Of a stretch of 64,000 nt of DNA, positions 18,521-27,711 are shown in pieces (the stretch's first letter is position 1; every line of letters begins with the position of its first letter). Made by a program: the position numbers and the translations under genes. Under the pieces are notes generated by a model that was not told where the DNA came from, did no database searches, and was given only the letters and a program-made list of their open reading frames with translations. The stretch is from IMG/VR virus record IMGVR_UViG_3300044641_009805, positions 1 to 64,000 of that record, one strand, 5' to 3'.

Positions 18521-19096
18521 ATGAGTGACTTGAAAAATCCGTCGTGGCCACAGGGACAGTTCGATCATAGGAACGTCATCGATTATTACAAATATTGGGA
18601 GCACGATGCGATCCTAGCCGACCAAGACAAGAACAGGTGCCGTTTGAAAATCGTGGCTGAGAATTTTGGAAATGACTTCAACATCTCAACCGTCGTGAGA
18701 TCTTCAAATGCTTTCTTGTGCAACGAAGTGATCATCGTTGGTCGAAGGCGTTGGGATCGGCGCGGAGCTTGCGGTACGCATAATTATGAGCACGTAAACT
18801 ATGAAGAGAATATTGGGAGCGTTATCTCCAAGAACCCGAATCATAGAGTGGTCGTGCTAGATAATGTTCCAGAAGCCTCTTCGATTTATGATTATAAATG
18901 GTATGAAGATACATTGCTTGTTTTAGGGCAAGAATCAATTGGGGTATCTCCTGAATCAATGGTGGCGGCCCATGATGTGATCTACATCCCGCAATGGGGA
19001 TCGGTTAGATCGTTGAACGTCGGATCAGCCGCCACAGTAGCCATGGCGTTTTATCGAGGACAGTGGGGTAAAGATCAGCCGACACCATCCCAATAA
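18521..19096 (+). CDS. SpoU/TrmH family RNA methyltransferase
   Basis: N..FNISTVVRS, LVLGQESIGV, IYIPQWGSVRSLNVGSAA. Confidence 0.9.
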   Translation: MSDLKNPSWPQGQFDHRNVIDYYKYWEHDAILADQDKNRCRLKIVAENFGNDFNISTVVRSSNAFLCNEVIIVGRRRWDRRGACGTHNYEHVNYEENIGSVISKNPNHRVVVLDNVPEASSIYDYKWYEDTLLVLGQESIGVSPESMVAAHDVIYIPQWGSVRSLNVGSAATVAMAFYRGQWGKDQPTPSQ

Positions 19097-19479
19097 TTGG
19101 ATCCGTCGACAGAACCGGTTAGAATTGGCATGAACCTTCCATCGATCGTGGTTAACGCGCAGTAAACGCTGTACGTATATGCTCCTGAAGCGTTTGCTCT
19201 AATGAATATTTCTTTCACTCTTGCATCAAGGGTGATAGTTTGACCACCATTTACTAATACGTAATTTGTGCCGTTAATTCCATTCTCAGTAAATCCAATC
19301 CTGATTCTATTGGTTGCCGTCGTGTCAGTATTCACGAAAGTTATACTTTTAGTGACTTTTGGTAAAGAGTACTTGGTGACGATTACTCCGCTAGTGGCAG
19401 CTGTAACTGTCCATGGCAAACCTGAAGTTTGAAATTCTGGTGTGCTAAAAAAGCCTGAACTTGGATTATTAAGTGACAT
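19075..19479 (-). CDS. putative structural protein, paralog of 8756..9148
   Basis: Shared motifs with 8756..9148. Confidence 0.6.
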   Translation of the reverse strand: MSLNNPSSGFFSTPEFQTSGLPWTVTAATSGVIVTKYSLPKVTKSITFVNTDTTATNRIRIGFTENGINGTNYVLVNGGQTITLDARVKEIFIRANASGAYTYSVYCALTTIDGRFMPILTGSVDGSNYWDGVG

Positions 19480-19525
19480 AATTTCTCATTATATGTATAA
19501 TGGGAGCGAGTAAACGGAAGCTAAA

Positions 19526-19891
19526 ATGAAAGTATTGGTTCTAAACGATTCTGAGAGTGAGTTTCTTGCAATTGCAGCGCACCACGAAAATTCTGATGTG
19601 TTACATGCGCACCGTTACCTACAATTTTTGCAGCAGATAGACGGGCAAGATTGGGACATCGTGTACCTCGATGATGACCTTTCCTCTGCAGCTGAACCTG
19701 ATTCTTGGTTCGACGGCAACGGGTTCAAGAGACTTTACGATGGCATTCATGCCGCAAGGGCGATAGCTACGTTGGCTGAAATTGGGAAGAACCCCACGAA
19801 GCGAGTCATCATTTCTTCGGACTCGGCCGCAGCGAGCAAAATGCTACAGATTTTATCTGACGTCGGAGTAAACGTCACAAAAAGTACTTGA
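19526..19891 (+). CDS. receiver-fold protein (cyclic-phosphate-processing receiver-like)
   Basis: KVLVLND...DIVYLDDDL...DG...VIISS pattern. Confidence 0.5.
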   Translation: MKVLVLNDSESEFLAIAAHHENSDVLHAHRYLQFLQQIDGQDWDIVYLDDDLSSAAEPDSWFDGNGFKRLYDGIHAARAIATLAEIGKNPTKRVIISSDSAAASKMLQILSDVGVNVTKST

Positions 19892-19927
19892 GTTTGAACA
19901 AAGAATCTTACATTGATTAATTTAACA

Positions 19928-20434
19928 ATGATGAAAATTACACCTTCACAAAAGTTGTTTCTACATAACGTTCTTTTTCACTATCTCATGCTCCCAGATG
20001 TCAGTATGAGAACTCAAGATGGAGTTGAAGAAATCATGCATCTTCTCGAAGATGAACTCATTCATCATGATGATGAAGACAATGATTTAGAGGATGATCA
20101 AGATGAAAAAGTAAAAGTAGAACTTCGGTCTCATGATGAGGAGGTTTCAGCATGGAGTTTAATGGATTTGCCTCCTTGTCGAGCCAAAACTTCTGACGAA
20201 GAGACGGGCAATCTATCTTTTTTTGGTGATGATGTAGATCTTCGATTCGACATCATTAATGACGATGGAACTGTCGTTGAAGAAGGAGATAGAGTTTTGC
20301 AGGTTATCCGCCGCGGAAAAGAAATCACACTGGTAAATGAGGAAGGTGATGAAAAGACTTTTCAAGTTTCAAAGTTTCCAAAGGAATGGACCAGTTTACT
20401 TAAAGCCAACCTATTTTATGGTGTGATGGATTGA
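19928..20434 (+). CDS. acidic hypothetical protein
   Basis: ORF only. Confidence 0.55.
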   Translation: MMKITPSQKLFLHNVLFHYLMLPDVSMRTQDGVEEIMHLLEDELIHHDDEDNDLEDDQDEKVKVELRSHDEEVSAWSLMDLPPCRAKTSDEETGNLSFFGDDVDLRFDIINDDGTVVEEGDRVLQVIRRGKEITLVNEEGDEKTFQVSKFPKEWTSLLKANLFYGVMD

Positions 20435-20436
20435 AT

Positions 20437-20757
20437 ATGATGTTACAATTATCGCCGCAAGAATTGCTCGATTTATATAAAGCTGTGTTACTTTCGAACG
20501 ACTCTGTTTCTCGCCACGATATTCTTATGAAAATAGAGCATATAATGCTTTCTTCATTGGAAAATTCTTGGCAAAAAACCGTAACAACTGGGTTCGATAA
20601 ATGGTTAAAGTCTGAGACAAACAAGATTAAAGATCTAGAAGACGAGATTAAGAAAATAAATGAATCAATACCTAGAGAAGAATTAATTAAAAAATTTGTG
20701 CCTGCTTCTTCTTCCTCAAGAAATAAGCAAAAAGGAAGACCACGAAAAAGCAAATGA
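20437..20757 (+). CDS. hypothetical protein with C-terminal AT-hook-like KGRPRK
   Basis: Coiled coil followed by KGRPRKSK. Confidence 0.55.
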   Translation: MMLQLSPQELLDLYKAVLLSNDSVSRHDILMKIEHIMLSSLENSWQKTVTTGFDKWLKSETNKIKDLEDEIKKINESIPREELIKKFVPASSSSRNKQKGRPRKSK

Positions 20758-20761
20758 TTCA

Positions 20762-21136
20762 GGGGCCAAAATAGTTTCGACGTGGTTTTGACATCGATCT
20801 ATGCAGGCCCAGGTGCACGAGGAACCTGGTAAAAATCCAAGTGACGTATAGTTGCCAACGACAACGGCTACGCTCCAGCTGCCCTAGCGGCCTGACTGGT
20901 TGGGTGGTGACAACCTAGAAACAGAAAGTCACAATCAATGGTTATCCTCATTGTATGAGGTGGGTTTCTCTCGGAAGGTGGTTCCGGAAGACGACTAACG
21001 GGTTTCGATCCGACCGGTCGTAAAATTGGTCAGATCGAATAGACTAGGATGGCGTCGATAAAATCATTCCAAGCCTGTGGACGAATTGTTTGATTGAAGA
21101 ATTGCGGACACCGGGGCAGTACCGGTTGGCTCCACC
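20762..21136 (+). ncRNA. ssrA: tmRNA; tag peptide ANDNGYAPAALAA (20854-20895)
   Basis: 5' GGGGCCA..TTTCGAC; 3' T-arm + TGGCTCCACC with G3.U70; resume codon GCC AAC GAC AAC; tag ends LAA*. Confidence 0.92.
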
Positions 21137-21165
21137 TGTTGTATATTTATAATCTGTAAAAACAT

Positions 21166-21768
21166 ATGAATATCATTAAAGACATCTCAAAACGTTTAGA
21201 AAAAGTCGAGCTACGTTACAACCCAGTGATCATCAGGGTGAATAAATTTGATGAGGAAGCCGCCGAAAAGTTCTCCAATCAAATGTCGGCCGCGCAGTCC
21301 ACGGGTCAAACGATGATCCCAGTGGTCATAGACTCTTATGGGGGTCAAGTCTACTCTCTCATGTCCATGATCGCAAACATTAAGGCTTCAAACATTCCGG
21401 TGGCAACAATCGTCGAAGGTAAGGCCATGTCATGTGGTGCGTTGTTGTTCAGCTACGGTACTTCTGGTTATCGTTTCATGGATAAGCACGCCACCATCAT
21501 GATCCATGATGTTTCTAGTGGTGCCAGGGGAAAGATCGAAGAGATCAAGGCCGACGCAAAAGAAGGTGATAGACTAAACCAGCTTGTTTATAGAGAAATG
21601 GCGGCAAATTGTGGCAAGGAACCTGAATTCTTTTTGAAGCAAATTCATGATAGGTCACACGCCGACTGGTATTTGGACGCAGAAGAAGCCCAATCGATCG
21701 GTCTGGCAAACCATTTACGAGTGCCTAGCCTCAAGGTGAAGGTCGACGTGTCTTATAGCTTTGAGTGA
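21166..21768 (+). CDS. clpP: ClpP-family protease subunit
   Basis: IDSYGG, GKAMSCGA (catalytic Ser), IMIHDVS, DWYLDAEEA..GL. Confidence 0.85.
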   Translation: MNIIKDISKRLEKVELRYNPVIIRVNKFDEEAAEKFSNQMSAAQSTGQTMIPVVIDSYGGQVYSLMSMIANIKASNIPVATIVEGKAMSCGALLFSYGTSGYRFMDKHATIMIHDVSSGARGKIEEIKADAKEGDRLNQLVYREMAANCGKEPEFFLKQIHDRSHADWYLDAEEAQSIGLANHLRVPSLKVKVDVSYSFE

Positions 21769-21830
21769 TTAAACAATTATAATTCGTTGGCGATTTTAAG
21801 CCATAATTATTCTTGTGGGACATCTGCAGG

Positions 21831-21884
21831 TGTCTCTGAGGAGTAGTTATGGCTATAAATTTTAATGGCGTAAGAATAAAACCT
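21831..21884 (+). repeat. 54-bp direct repeat (RBS + N-terminus) identical to 23753..23806
   Basis: TGTCTCTGAGGAGTAGTTATGGCTATAAATTTTAATGGCGTAAGAATAAAACCT at both sites. Confidence 0.9.
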
Positions 21885-22754
21885 TGCGCAGGAGGTGGTG
21901 CAGCATCACCTTCCAACAACATAACAAGTTTCGAAACAATAACTGGTGATTCATACACGAAATTTTTGGCACACTTTGACGGTGCGGATGGATCAACATC
22001 TTTTACAGATGATTCATCTAATCCAGGAACAGGAACATTTTCAGGAGCTGCCGTAATAAAGACTGCTCAGTCAAAATTCGGCGGTTCTTCGTTGTATTTC
22101 AACGGCAATAATGCTTCTAAATTTAAGTGCACTAATACTAATAACAAGGTAAACTTTGGTCCTACAGGTGGAAGTAGTTTTACCATTGAGTTATGGTTCT
22201 ACTACATATCACTCATACCTTGGACGTCGCTGATACATTTTAATACTTCAGCTTGGTATCAAGGACCTGCTCTAATAATGAACAACGCAGGTCAACTATA
22301 CCTTGAAAATTCGTATGGAGGATCTTTCCACTACGCGGTGAGCCCAGGATGGGTTCCGCCAACTGGTCAATGGCATCACATCGCCATTGTTGGCACTTCA
22401 GGTCAACATATCAAAATTTATATTAATGGTACGCTATATGTTACAAGAGCAGGCAGTTATTTTCTTAGCATGCCATCTGCCGGAGACATTGGGTTAGGTC
22501 ATTCTTTAAGTCTACCCGGCGGTCTTCCTGGAGATACCGGAGTGCGTACCATTAATGGATACATTGATGAGGTCAGGTTCTCTGATACTGCTAGATACAG
22601 TGCAAACTTCACCCCTTCCACTTCAGCTTTTGGAACAGGGGTTTTAACCTACCCAACAGCAGAGCTTGGAAAAATGGCCAAAGACAGCAATGGCTTTCTT
22701 TACGAATGTACTGATGCGGCAGTTCCCACATGGCGTAGATACACCTTAGGTTGA
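21849..22754 (+). CDS. LamG-like lectin domain virion protein (MAINFNGVRIKP family)
   Basis: HFDG..SKFGGSS..FTIELW..WHHIA..GYIDEVRFS..ARYSANFTP. Confidence 0.8.
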   Translation: MAINFNGVRIKPCAGGGAASPSNNITSFETITGDSYTKFLAHFDGADGSTSFTDDSSNPGTGTFSGAAVIKTAQSKFGGSSLYFNGNNASKFKCTNTNNKVNFGPTGGSSFTIELWFYYISLIPWTSLIHFNTSAWYQGPALIMNNAGQLYLENSYGGSFHYAVSPGWVPPTGQWHHIAIVGTSGQHIKIYINGTLYVTRAGSYFLSMPSAGDIGLGHSLSLPGGLPGDTGVRTINGYIDEVRFSDTARYSANFTPSTSAFGTGVLTYPTAELGKMAKDSNGFLYECTDAAVPTWRRYTLG

Positions 22755-22777
22755 GAACAATAAAAGGAGATTAAATT

Positions 22778-23635
22778 ATGACTATAAATTTTAATGGCGT
22801 AAGAATTAAACCTTGCGCCGCACCAGTCAATTCAAACACAGCAACTTATATTCAACCCGTTGGTGATTCAACGGTTTCTTTGCTTCTTCACATGGATGGA
22901 GCCAATAATAGCACGACATTTACCGACAGTTCTTATACACCAAAAACCGTCACCGCTTACGGCAATGCTAAAATCAGCACTGCTGCAAGTAAGTTTGGTG
23001 GTTCTTCTGCGGCATTTGATGGTAATGGTGATTACATAGAATTTGACAGAGGAACAGATCTTCAATTTGGAGCAGGTGATTTCACAATTGAAGGATGGGT
23101 AAATCTAAATTCTTTTGCAAGTTATCAAAGCGTTTTCGGCGGTTACGATATAGGCTTTGATATTCAAAATTCAACAACGATCGTGGTGGGATACAATGCT
23201 ATAGGTGGCGGGTTCATGTCAAGAACAGTTTCAGCAATGTCAACAGGAACCTGGTACCACTGGGCAATGTCAAAAACTTCTGGCACATTTAGATTGTTCT
23301 GGAATGGAGTACAGGCTGGCGCCAGTGCTGTGGCTCCTGCGATGAACAATACAGTAAGCAAATGGGTCATTGGTAAAAATGCCACCAACAACACCTCACA
23401 TCATCTTAATGGATATGTTGATGAAGTTAGGGTCACAAAGGGAGTAGGTCGTTACACCGCAAACTTCACGCCTCCTGCCTCAGCTTTCTCAAATGCAAAT
23501 GGATCTGTTGAGCTACCATCGAGCCCAATAGTTGGTCAAGCTGTCTATTCTGATGATAGAGCTTACATCTGCACGAGTGCCTCACCAGTTACCTGGAAGG
23601 TGTTCGATCAGGCAGGCAGAAACATCAATATCTGA
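22778..23635 (+). CDS. LamG-like lectin domain virion protein
   Basis: LLLHMDG..SKFGGSS..DFTIEGW..GYVDEVRVTKGVGRYTANFTP. Confidence 0.8.
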   Translation: MTINFNGVRIKPCAAPVNSNTATYIQPVGDSTVSLLLHMDGANNSTTFTDSSYTPKTVTAYGNAKISTAASKFGGSSAAFDGNGDYIEFDRGTDLQFGAGDFTIEGWVNLNSFASYQSVFGGYDIGFDIQNSTTIVVGYNAIGGGFMSRTVSAMSTGTWYHWAMSKTSGTFRLFWNGVQAGASAVAPAMNNTVSKWVIGKNATNNTSHHLNGYVDEVRVTKGVGRYTANFTPPASAFSNANGSVELPSSPIVGQAVYSDDRAYICTSASPVTWKVFDQAGRNINI

Positions 23636-23658
23636 TTAAGAATAATCAATAAAAACTT

Positions 23659-23692
23659 TTCAGGACCTCGGCCTTTCGACCTTGGTCCTGAA
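23659..23692 (+). terminator. repeated terminator hairpin, copy 1
   Basis: TTCAGGACCTCGG-cctttcga-CCTTGGTCCTGAA + T-run; also at 24768 and 25649. Confidence 0.75.
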
Positions 23693-23770
23693 TTTTATTT
23701 AATGACTAATTCATAATTGAATTTATATTTATTCTTAAGAGATGTCTACAGATGTCTCTGAGGAGTAGTT

Positions 23771-24742
23771 ATGGCTATAAATTTTAATGGCGTAAGAATA
23801 AAACCTGCATCTGGTGGTGCTGGTGGTGGAGTTTCCTGGCCTGGTGATGGAACAAAAATTTTGGCAGGTGATGGATCACAGGTTGTTGTTGGCGATGGTC
23901 TGGATTTGTCTGCAGGCACTCTAACATCCAATGGGCCTTCATCTACATACATAGCAACGGTAGGAGACTCTTCAGTCTCTTTGCTTCTTCACATGAATGG
24001 AGCAAACAACAGCACGACGTTTACCGACAATTCTTATACACCAAAAGCTGCCACAGTTAGTGGCAATGCAAAGATTAGTACAACCGATAGCAAATTTGGC
24101 GGGTCTAGCGGATATTTTGATGGAAATGGTGACTATTTCTATTATTCATATAATAACGATTTCAACTTAAGTACAGGAGATTTTACGATAGAAGGTTGGG
24201 TAAACCCCAGCTCTCTCGCATCTCAAATGTGTCCAATTGCAAAACATCAAACTACCATTTCTCAAGATTGGCAATTTTATATTATAAATTCTACGACAAT
24301 TGGCTTTGCTGCATCTGGTCTTGTGACGAGAACGGTTCCAACGATAACAACGGGAACCTGGTATCACTTTGCCGTAGTAAAACTCTCAGGTAACACATCC
24401 ATCTATTGGAATGGTATTAGACAAGGAGCAACTTTTGCCAACGTACCAACTAATTCCGTAGCTGCAGTTGTAATTGGCGCTGACAGATTGAACGCTATTC
24501 AATATCCATTTCACGGATATATCGATGAAATTAGAGTCAGCAAAGGTATCGCAAGATATTCTGCTGATTTCACACCTTCTGCAACAGCTTTCGCAAATCC
24601 AGATGGCTCGGCTGAACTGCCTGCCGCTCCCGTGGCAGGAGATGTCGTTTACTCCGACACGGGAATCTACGTTTGTTCTAGTGCTTCTCCTGTTGTTTGG
24701 AAAAAATTTGACGGAGCACCAACACAGACCATAACGATCTAA
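23771..24742 (+). CDS. LamG-like lectin domain virion protein
   Basis: Same family; close paralog of 22778..23635. Confidence 0.8.
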   Translation: MAINFNGVRIKPASGGAGGGVSWPGDGTKILAGDGSQVVVGDGLDLSAGTLTSNGPSSTYIATVGDSSVSLLLHMNGANNSTTFTDNSYTPKAATVSGNAKISTTDSKFGGSSGYFDGNGDYFYYSYNNDFNLSTGDFTIEGWVNPSSLASQMCPIAKHQTTISQDWQFYIINSTTIGFAASGLVTRTVPTITTGTWYHFAVVKLSGNTSIYWNGIRQGATFANVPTNSVAAVVIGADRLNAIQYPFHGYIDEIRVSKGIARYSADFTPSATAFANPDGSAELPAAPVAGDVVYSDTGIYVCSSASPVVWKKFDGAPTQTITI

Positions 24743-24767
24743 ACATCAAACATAACGACAAAAACTA

Positions 24768-24801
24768 TTCAGGACCTCGGCCTTTTAGCCTTGGTCCTGA
24801 A
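24768..24801 (+). terminator. repeated terminator hairpin, copy 2
   Basis: Near-identical to 23659..23692. Confidence 0.75.
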
Positions 24802-24863
24802 TTTTCATGACTTTTTGATACTTTGTAAAGCGGATACATATACCTAATTTAGAAGAGGACTTT

Positions 24864-25634
24864 ATGAGTATAAAATTAAATGGTGTTAGAGTAAGACCTG
24901 CAGTTGTTGCACCTGAACCCAGCCCACCCACGGATTCATTGGGAGCATGGTACAGGGCAGATGATATCAATCAGTCGAATGGTTCAACGGTTTTTACTTG
25001 GACAGATCGATCTGGAAATGGAGTCGACTTGGTACCTGTACCAAGTGTCTCTCAACCCACACTCTCTACAAGTTCACCTGAGTTTAACAGTCGAAAGGCT
25101 ATTAGCTTCAATGGGTCTCAGCAGCTGTATCGTCTCACACCTCCTAATTGGTCAACGGGTTCAAGTGCTTTTAGCATATATGTAGTAAATGATCCCACAT
25201 TTTCGACAGACTTGCTGGGTCTCGTCGGTTGGGGTCAAGAAGGTTCTACTAATGGTCGAGTGTGTTTTTGCTATTATGGTCCTGCTCCTCACGTAATAGG
25301 AGTTGACGGTTACGGCAATGCCTCCAAAAAGTATGTAGCAAACTCAAACGCACAAATTTCAGCAGCATTTTCTGCGAGCGGTGCAAACATGTCTAGCGCT
25401 GAAATTTTGATCAATGGTTCAACTGGCACACTTGCAAGTTCCGGGGATGCTGTTCCTTGGAATATTCCAAATCCTTGCCCGGAACTTCGAATTGGTGGAT
25501 TTGCACAGGCTTCTTACGGTCCATTCGTCGGGAAAATTGCTGAAATTCTAATTTATCACAAGCAACATGCCTCGACTGAACGCACAGATACGTTGAACTA
25601 CTTGTCCAATCGTTACGGTATTTCTTTAGTTTGA
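24864..25634 (+). CDS. LamG-like domain virion protein
   Basis: MSIKLNGVRVRP leader; WYRADD..WTDRSGNG..GKIAEILIY..YLSNRYGI. Confidence 0.75.
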   Translation: MSIKLNGVRVRPAVVAPEPSPPTDSLGAWYRADDINQSNGSTVFTWTDRSGNGVDLVPVPSVSQPTLSTSSPEFNSRKAISFNGSQQLYRLTPPNWSTGSSAFSIYVVNDPTFSTDLLGLVGWGQEGSTNGRVCFCYYGPAPHVIGVDGYGNASKKYVANSNAQISAAFSASGANMSSAEILINGSTGTLASSGDAVPWNIPNPCPELRIGGFAQASYGPFVGKIAEILIYHKQHASTERTDTLNYLSNRYGISLV

Positions 25635-25648
25635 TTTATAGAAAACAA

Positions 25649-25682
25649 TTCAGGACCTCGGCCTTTCGACCTTGGTCCTGAA
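25649..25682 (+). terminator. repeated terminator hairpin, copy 3
   Basis: Identical to 23659..23692. Confidence 0.75.
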
Positions 25683-25743
25683 TTTTTATTTATTTGTGTT
25701 TGGCAACATCAAATAATTATTGGAAGAATATTCTTGATATCAC

Positions 25744-27678
25744 TTACGCGTCACGCCACAAATTATTTGAAGCATACACAAGAATTTCTTCTGCGCTTTC
25801 GGCGGTGTATCCATGATCCTTGATGAGTGTTGCCACCATCTCATTGTACTTTTCCTTCTGCTCCTCGTCGCGAGTTTTGCTCTTGGTCACGACTCGAGCA
25901 AGTGATTTGACCGATGAGATGAGGAATGATTCAATGGCTTCTCGGAGTGGTTCATAGGAACGGAATCCAACCTTTTCACCACGACGCATCTTGGCGAACA
26001 TGTAGGCAGCAACGTCGGAGCGGAAACCATCACGGGCTGAACCGCTGATACCGATCTGTTCTTCGATCGAAGCCATGAACTGTTCGTCTGGCTTTCTCTC
26101 TTCCTTTGTAACACGATCCTTGAGTTTGACACGGGTCGTGTATGCTTCAGCGTTGTCGAGATATGTATCGAATAGAGATTGAGCCTGCTCCTCGTATGCG
26201 GAGATAAATGCCTTTGCGATCTCATTCTCAAGGATCTTGAGGTATTCTTCTCGTACCGTCTTTTGGAGGATTTCTAGGCACTTTGTCTTGAACGTCTCGT
26301 CGTTGATCTGCTCCTTCACCATCTTGGTCAAAGACTCAATGACAGAAACTGGTGTAATCATTCCCTTGTCGGATGCCGTGAGGGCATTGTCCAATGCCTT
26401 GGTGATGAAACGCGTAGAGATACCATCCATGCCTTCGTGTTTAGCTTCCTCACGAAGATCCTTGATGTCGACCTTACGAACGCGACCCTTCTCAAGGACG
26501 TCCTCGCCGTTATAGATCTTCATTTTCGTCAATAAATCACATTTAGCTGATGGCTTCAAGCGGCTCATGACCGAGAACATTGATACAACCTTGAGGGTGT
26601 GAGGTGCGATGTGTGCCTTGAAGTCTGATTTACCTAGCATCTTCTCATAGATCTTCTGTTCCTGATCCACCTCAAGACAGTATGGAACTGCGATCTTCAC
26701 GATGCGGTCCATGATGGCTTCATTGGTGTGTTCTGACTGGAAGCGATTCCACTCAGCCTCATTACAGTGTGCGAGGATGACTCCGTCGAAGTGAAGCATA
26801 TCGCTCTTTCCGGGTGATGGAACCCTCTTCTCCTGTGTGGCGGTGATGATTGTATGGAGGAACTCAATCTCGTTCTTGAAGACCTCGACCAGTTCCACGA
26901 TGCCACGGTTACCTACGTTGAATGCTCCCGTGAGCGAAAGAGCTCGTGGATCATCCTCGGCAAACTTATCCAACTTAGAGATATCTACCGACCCAATGAG
27001 AACAGACACGTCCTGACTATTGGCATCCATTGGAGGAACAGCCGCGACACCTCTACGACCACGTTGCGAGAATGTCGTCTCCTCAACCTCGAAGTCCTCA
27101 TATTTACCGCCGTAATCGTTGAGAAGCTTGTGGCGGGCGACTGGTGAAATATCTCCATCAATCTTCACGTTGAGTGCCTTCTCAAATTCCGAGCGAAGAG
27201 AACGTGGTACGAGTTGCAGGGGTTCACCACGATGAGGATCTCCCTTGAGGTGATAGTACTTCTTGCCTTCGAGCGCACGTTTAATGTGTTCGGTTAATGC
27301 TGACTTACCAGCTCCAACTGGTCCCATGAGAAGAAGAACCTGACGAGATTCCTCGCCCTTATGTGCCGCTGAAGACAGGAACGACATGACCTTGTCAATG
27401 ACCGTCTCCATTCCGAAGAATTCACCTTCAAAGTACTTGTGGACCTTCACGGCATCGCCATCGAACACCTTGAATTTACGTGAATCCGAATCAGGCATCA
27501 CGTAGGAACCATGTTCCTCAATGGCCTCATATAACCTACGATGCGCTGATTTTACTATCGACGGTTCTTTCTCGACGAGGTCGACGTAATCCATAAGATT
27601 ACCAGAGAACTTTTTTGTTTTGGATGACTCTTCTCGAGCCGTTTGAATTTGTTTGAGTAGTTGCTTCTTGACGCTCAT
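25744..27678 (-). CDS. prkA: PrkA/YeaG family AAA+ serine kinase
   Basis: FFGME, LLLMGPVGAGKS, GNRGIVELVEVFK, HCNEAEW, EGMDGISTRF. Confidence 0.93.
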   Translation of the reverse strand: MSVKKQLLKQIQTAREESSKTKKFSGNLMDYVDLVEKEPSIVKSAHRRLYEAIEEHGSYVMPDSDSRKFKVFDGDAVKVHKYFEGEFFGMETVIDKVMSFLSSAAHKGEESRQVLLLMGPVGAGKSALTEHIKRALEGKKYYHLKGDPHRGEPLQLVPRSLRSEFEKALNVKIDGDISPVARHKLLNDYGGKYEDFEVEETTFSQRGRRGVAAVPPMDANSQDVSVLIGSVDISKLDKFAEDDPRALSLTGAFNVGNRGIVELVEVFKNEIEFLHTIITATQEKRVPSPGKSDMLHFDGVILAHCNEAEWNRFQSEHTNEAIMDRIVKIAVPYCLEVDQEQKIYEKMLGKSDFKAHIAPHTLKVVSMFSVMSRLKPSAKCDLLTKMKIYNGEDVLEKGRVRKVDIKDLREEAKHEGMDGISTRFITKALDNALTASDKGMITPVSVIESLTKMVKEQINDETFKTKCLEILQKTVREEYLKILENEIAKAFISAYEEQAQSLFDTYLDNAEAYTTRVKLKDRVTKEERKPDEQFMASIEEQIGISGSARDGFRSDVAAYMFAKMRRGEKVGFRSYEPLREAIESFLISSVKSLARVVTKSKTRDEEQKEKYNEMVATLIKDHGYTAESAEEILVYASNNLWRDA

Positions 27679-27711
27679 GTTGTTATGTATACCTCTCCCT
27701 GCTCCAGTGTA

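Noticed and set aside
21849-24742. Diversity-generating retroelement acting on the LamG genes
   Set aside because: No reverse transcriptase in the window, and paralog differences are not confined to adenines
23659-25682. 34-bp palindromic repeat x3 as a CRISPR array
   Set aside because: Copies are ~0.9-1.1 kb apart, each follows a stop codon and precedes a T-run, so they are terminators; no cas genes seen
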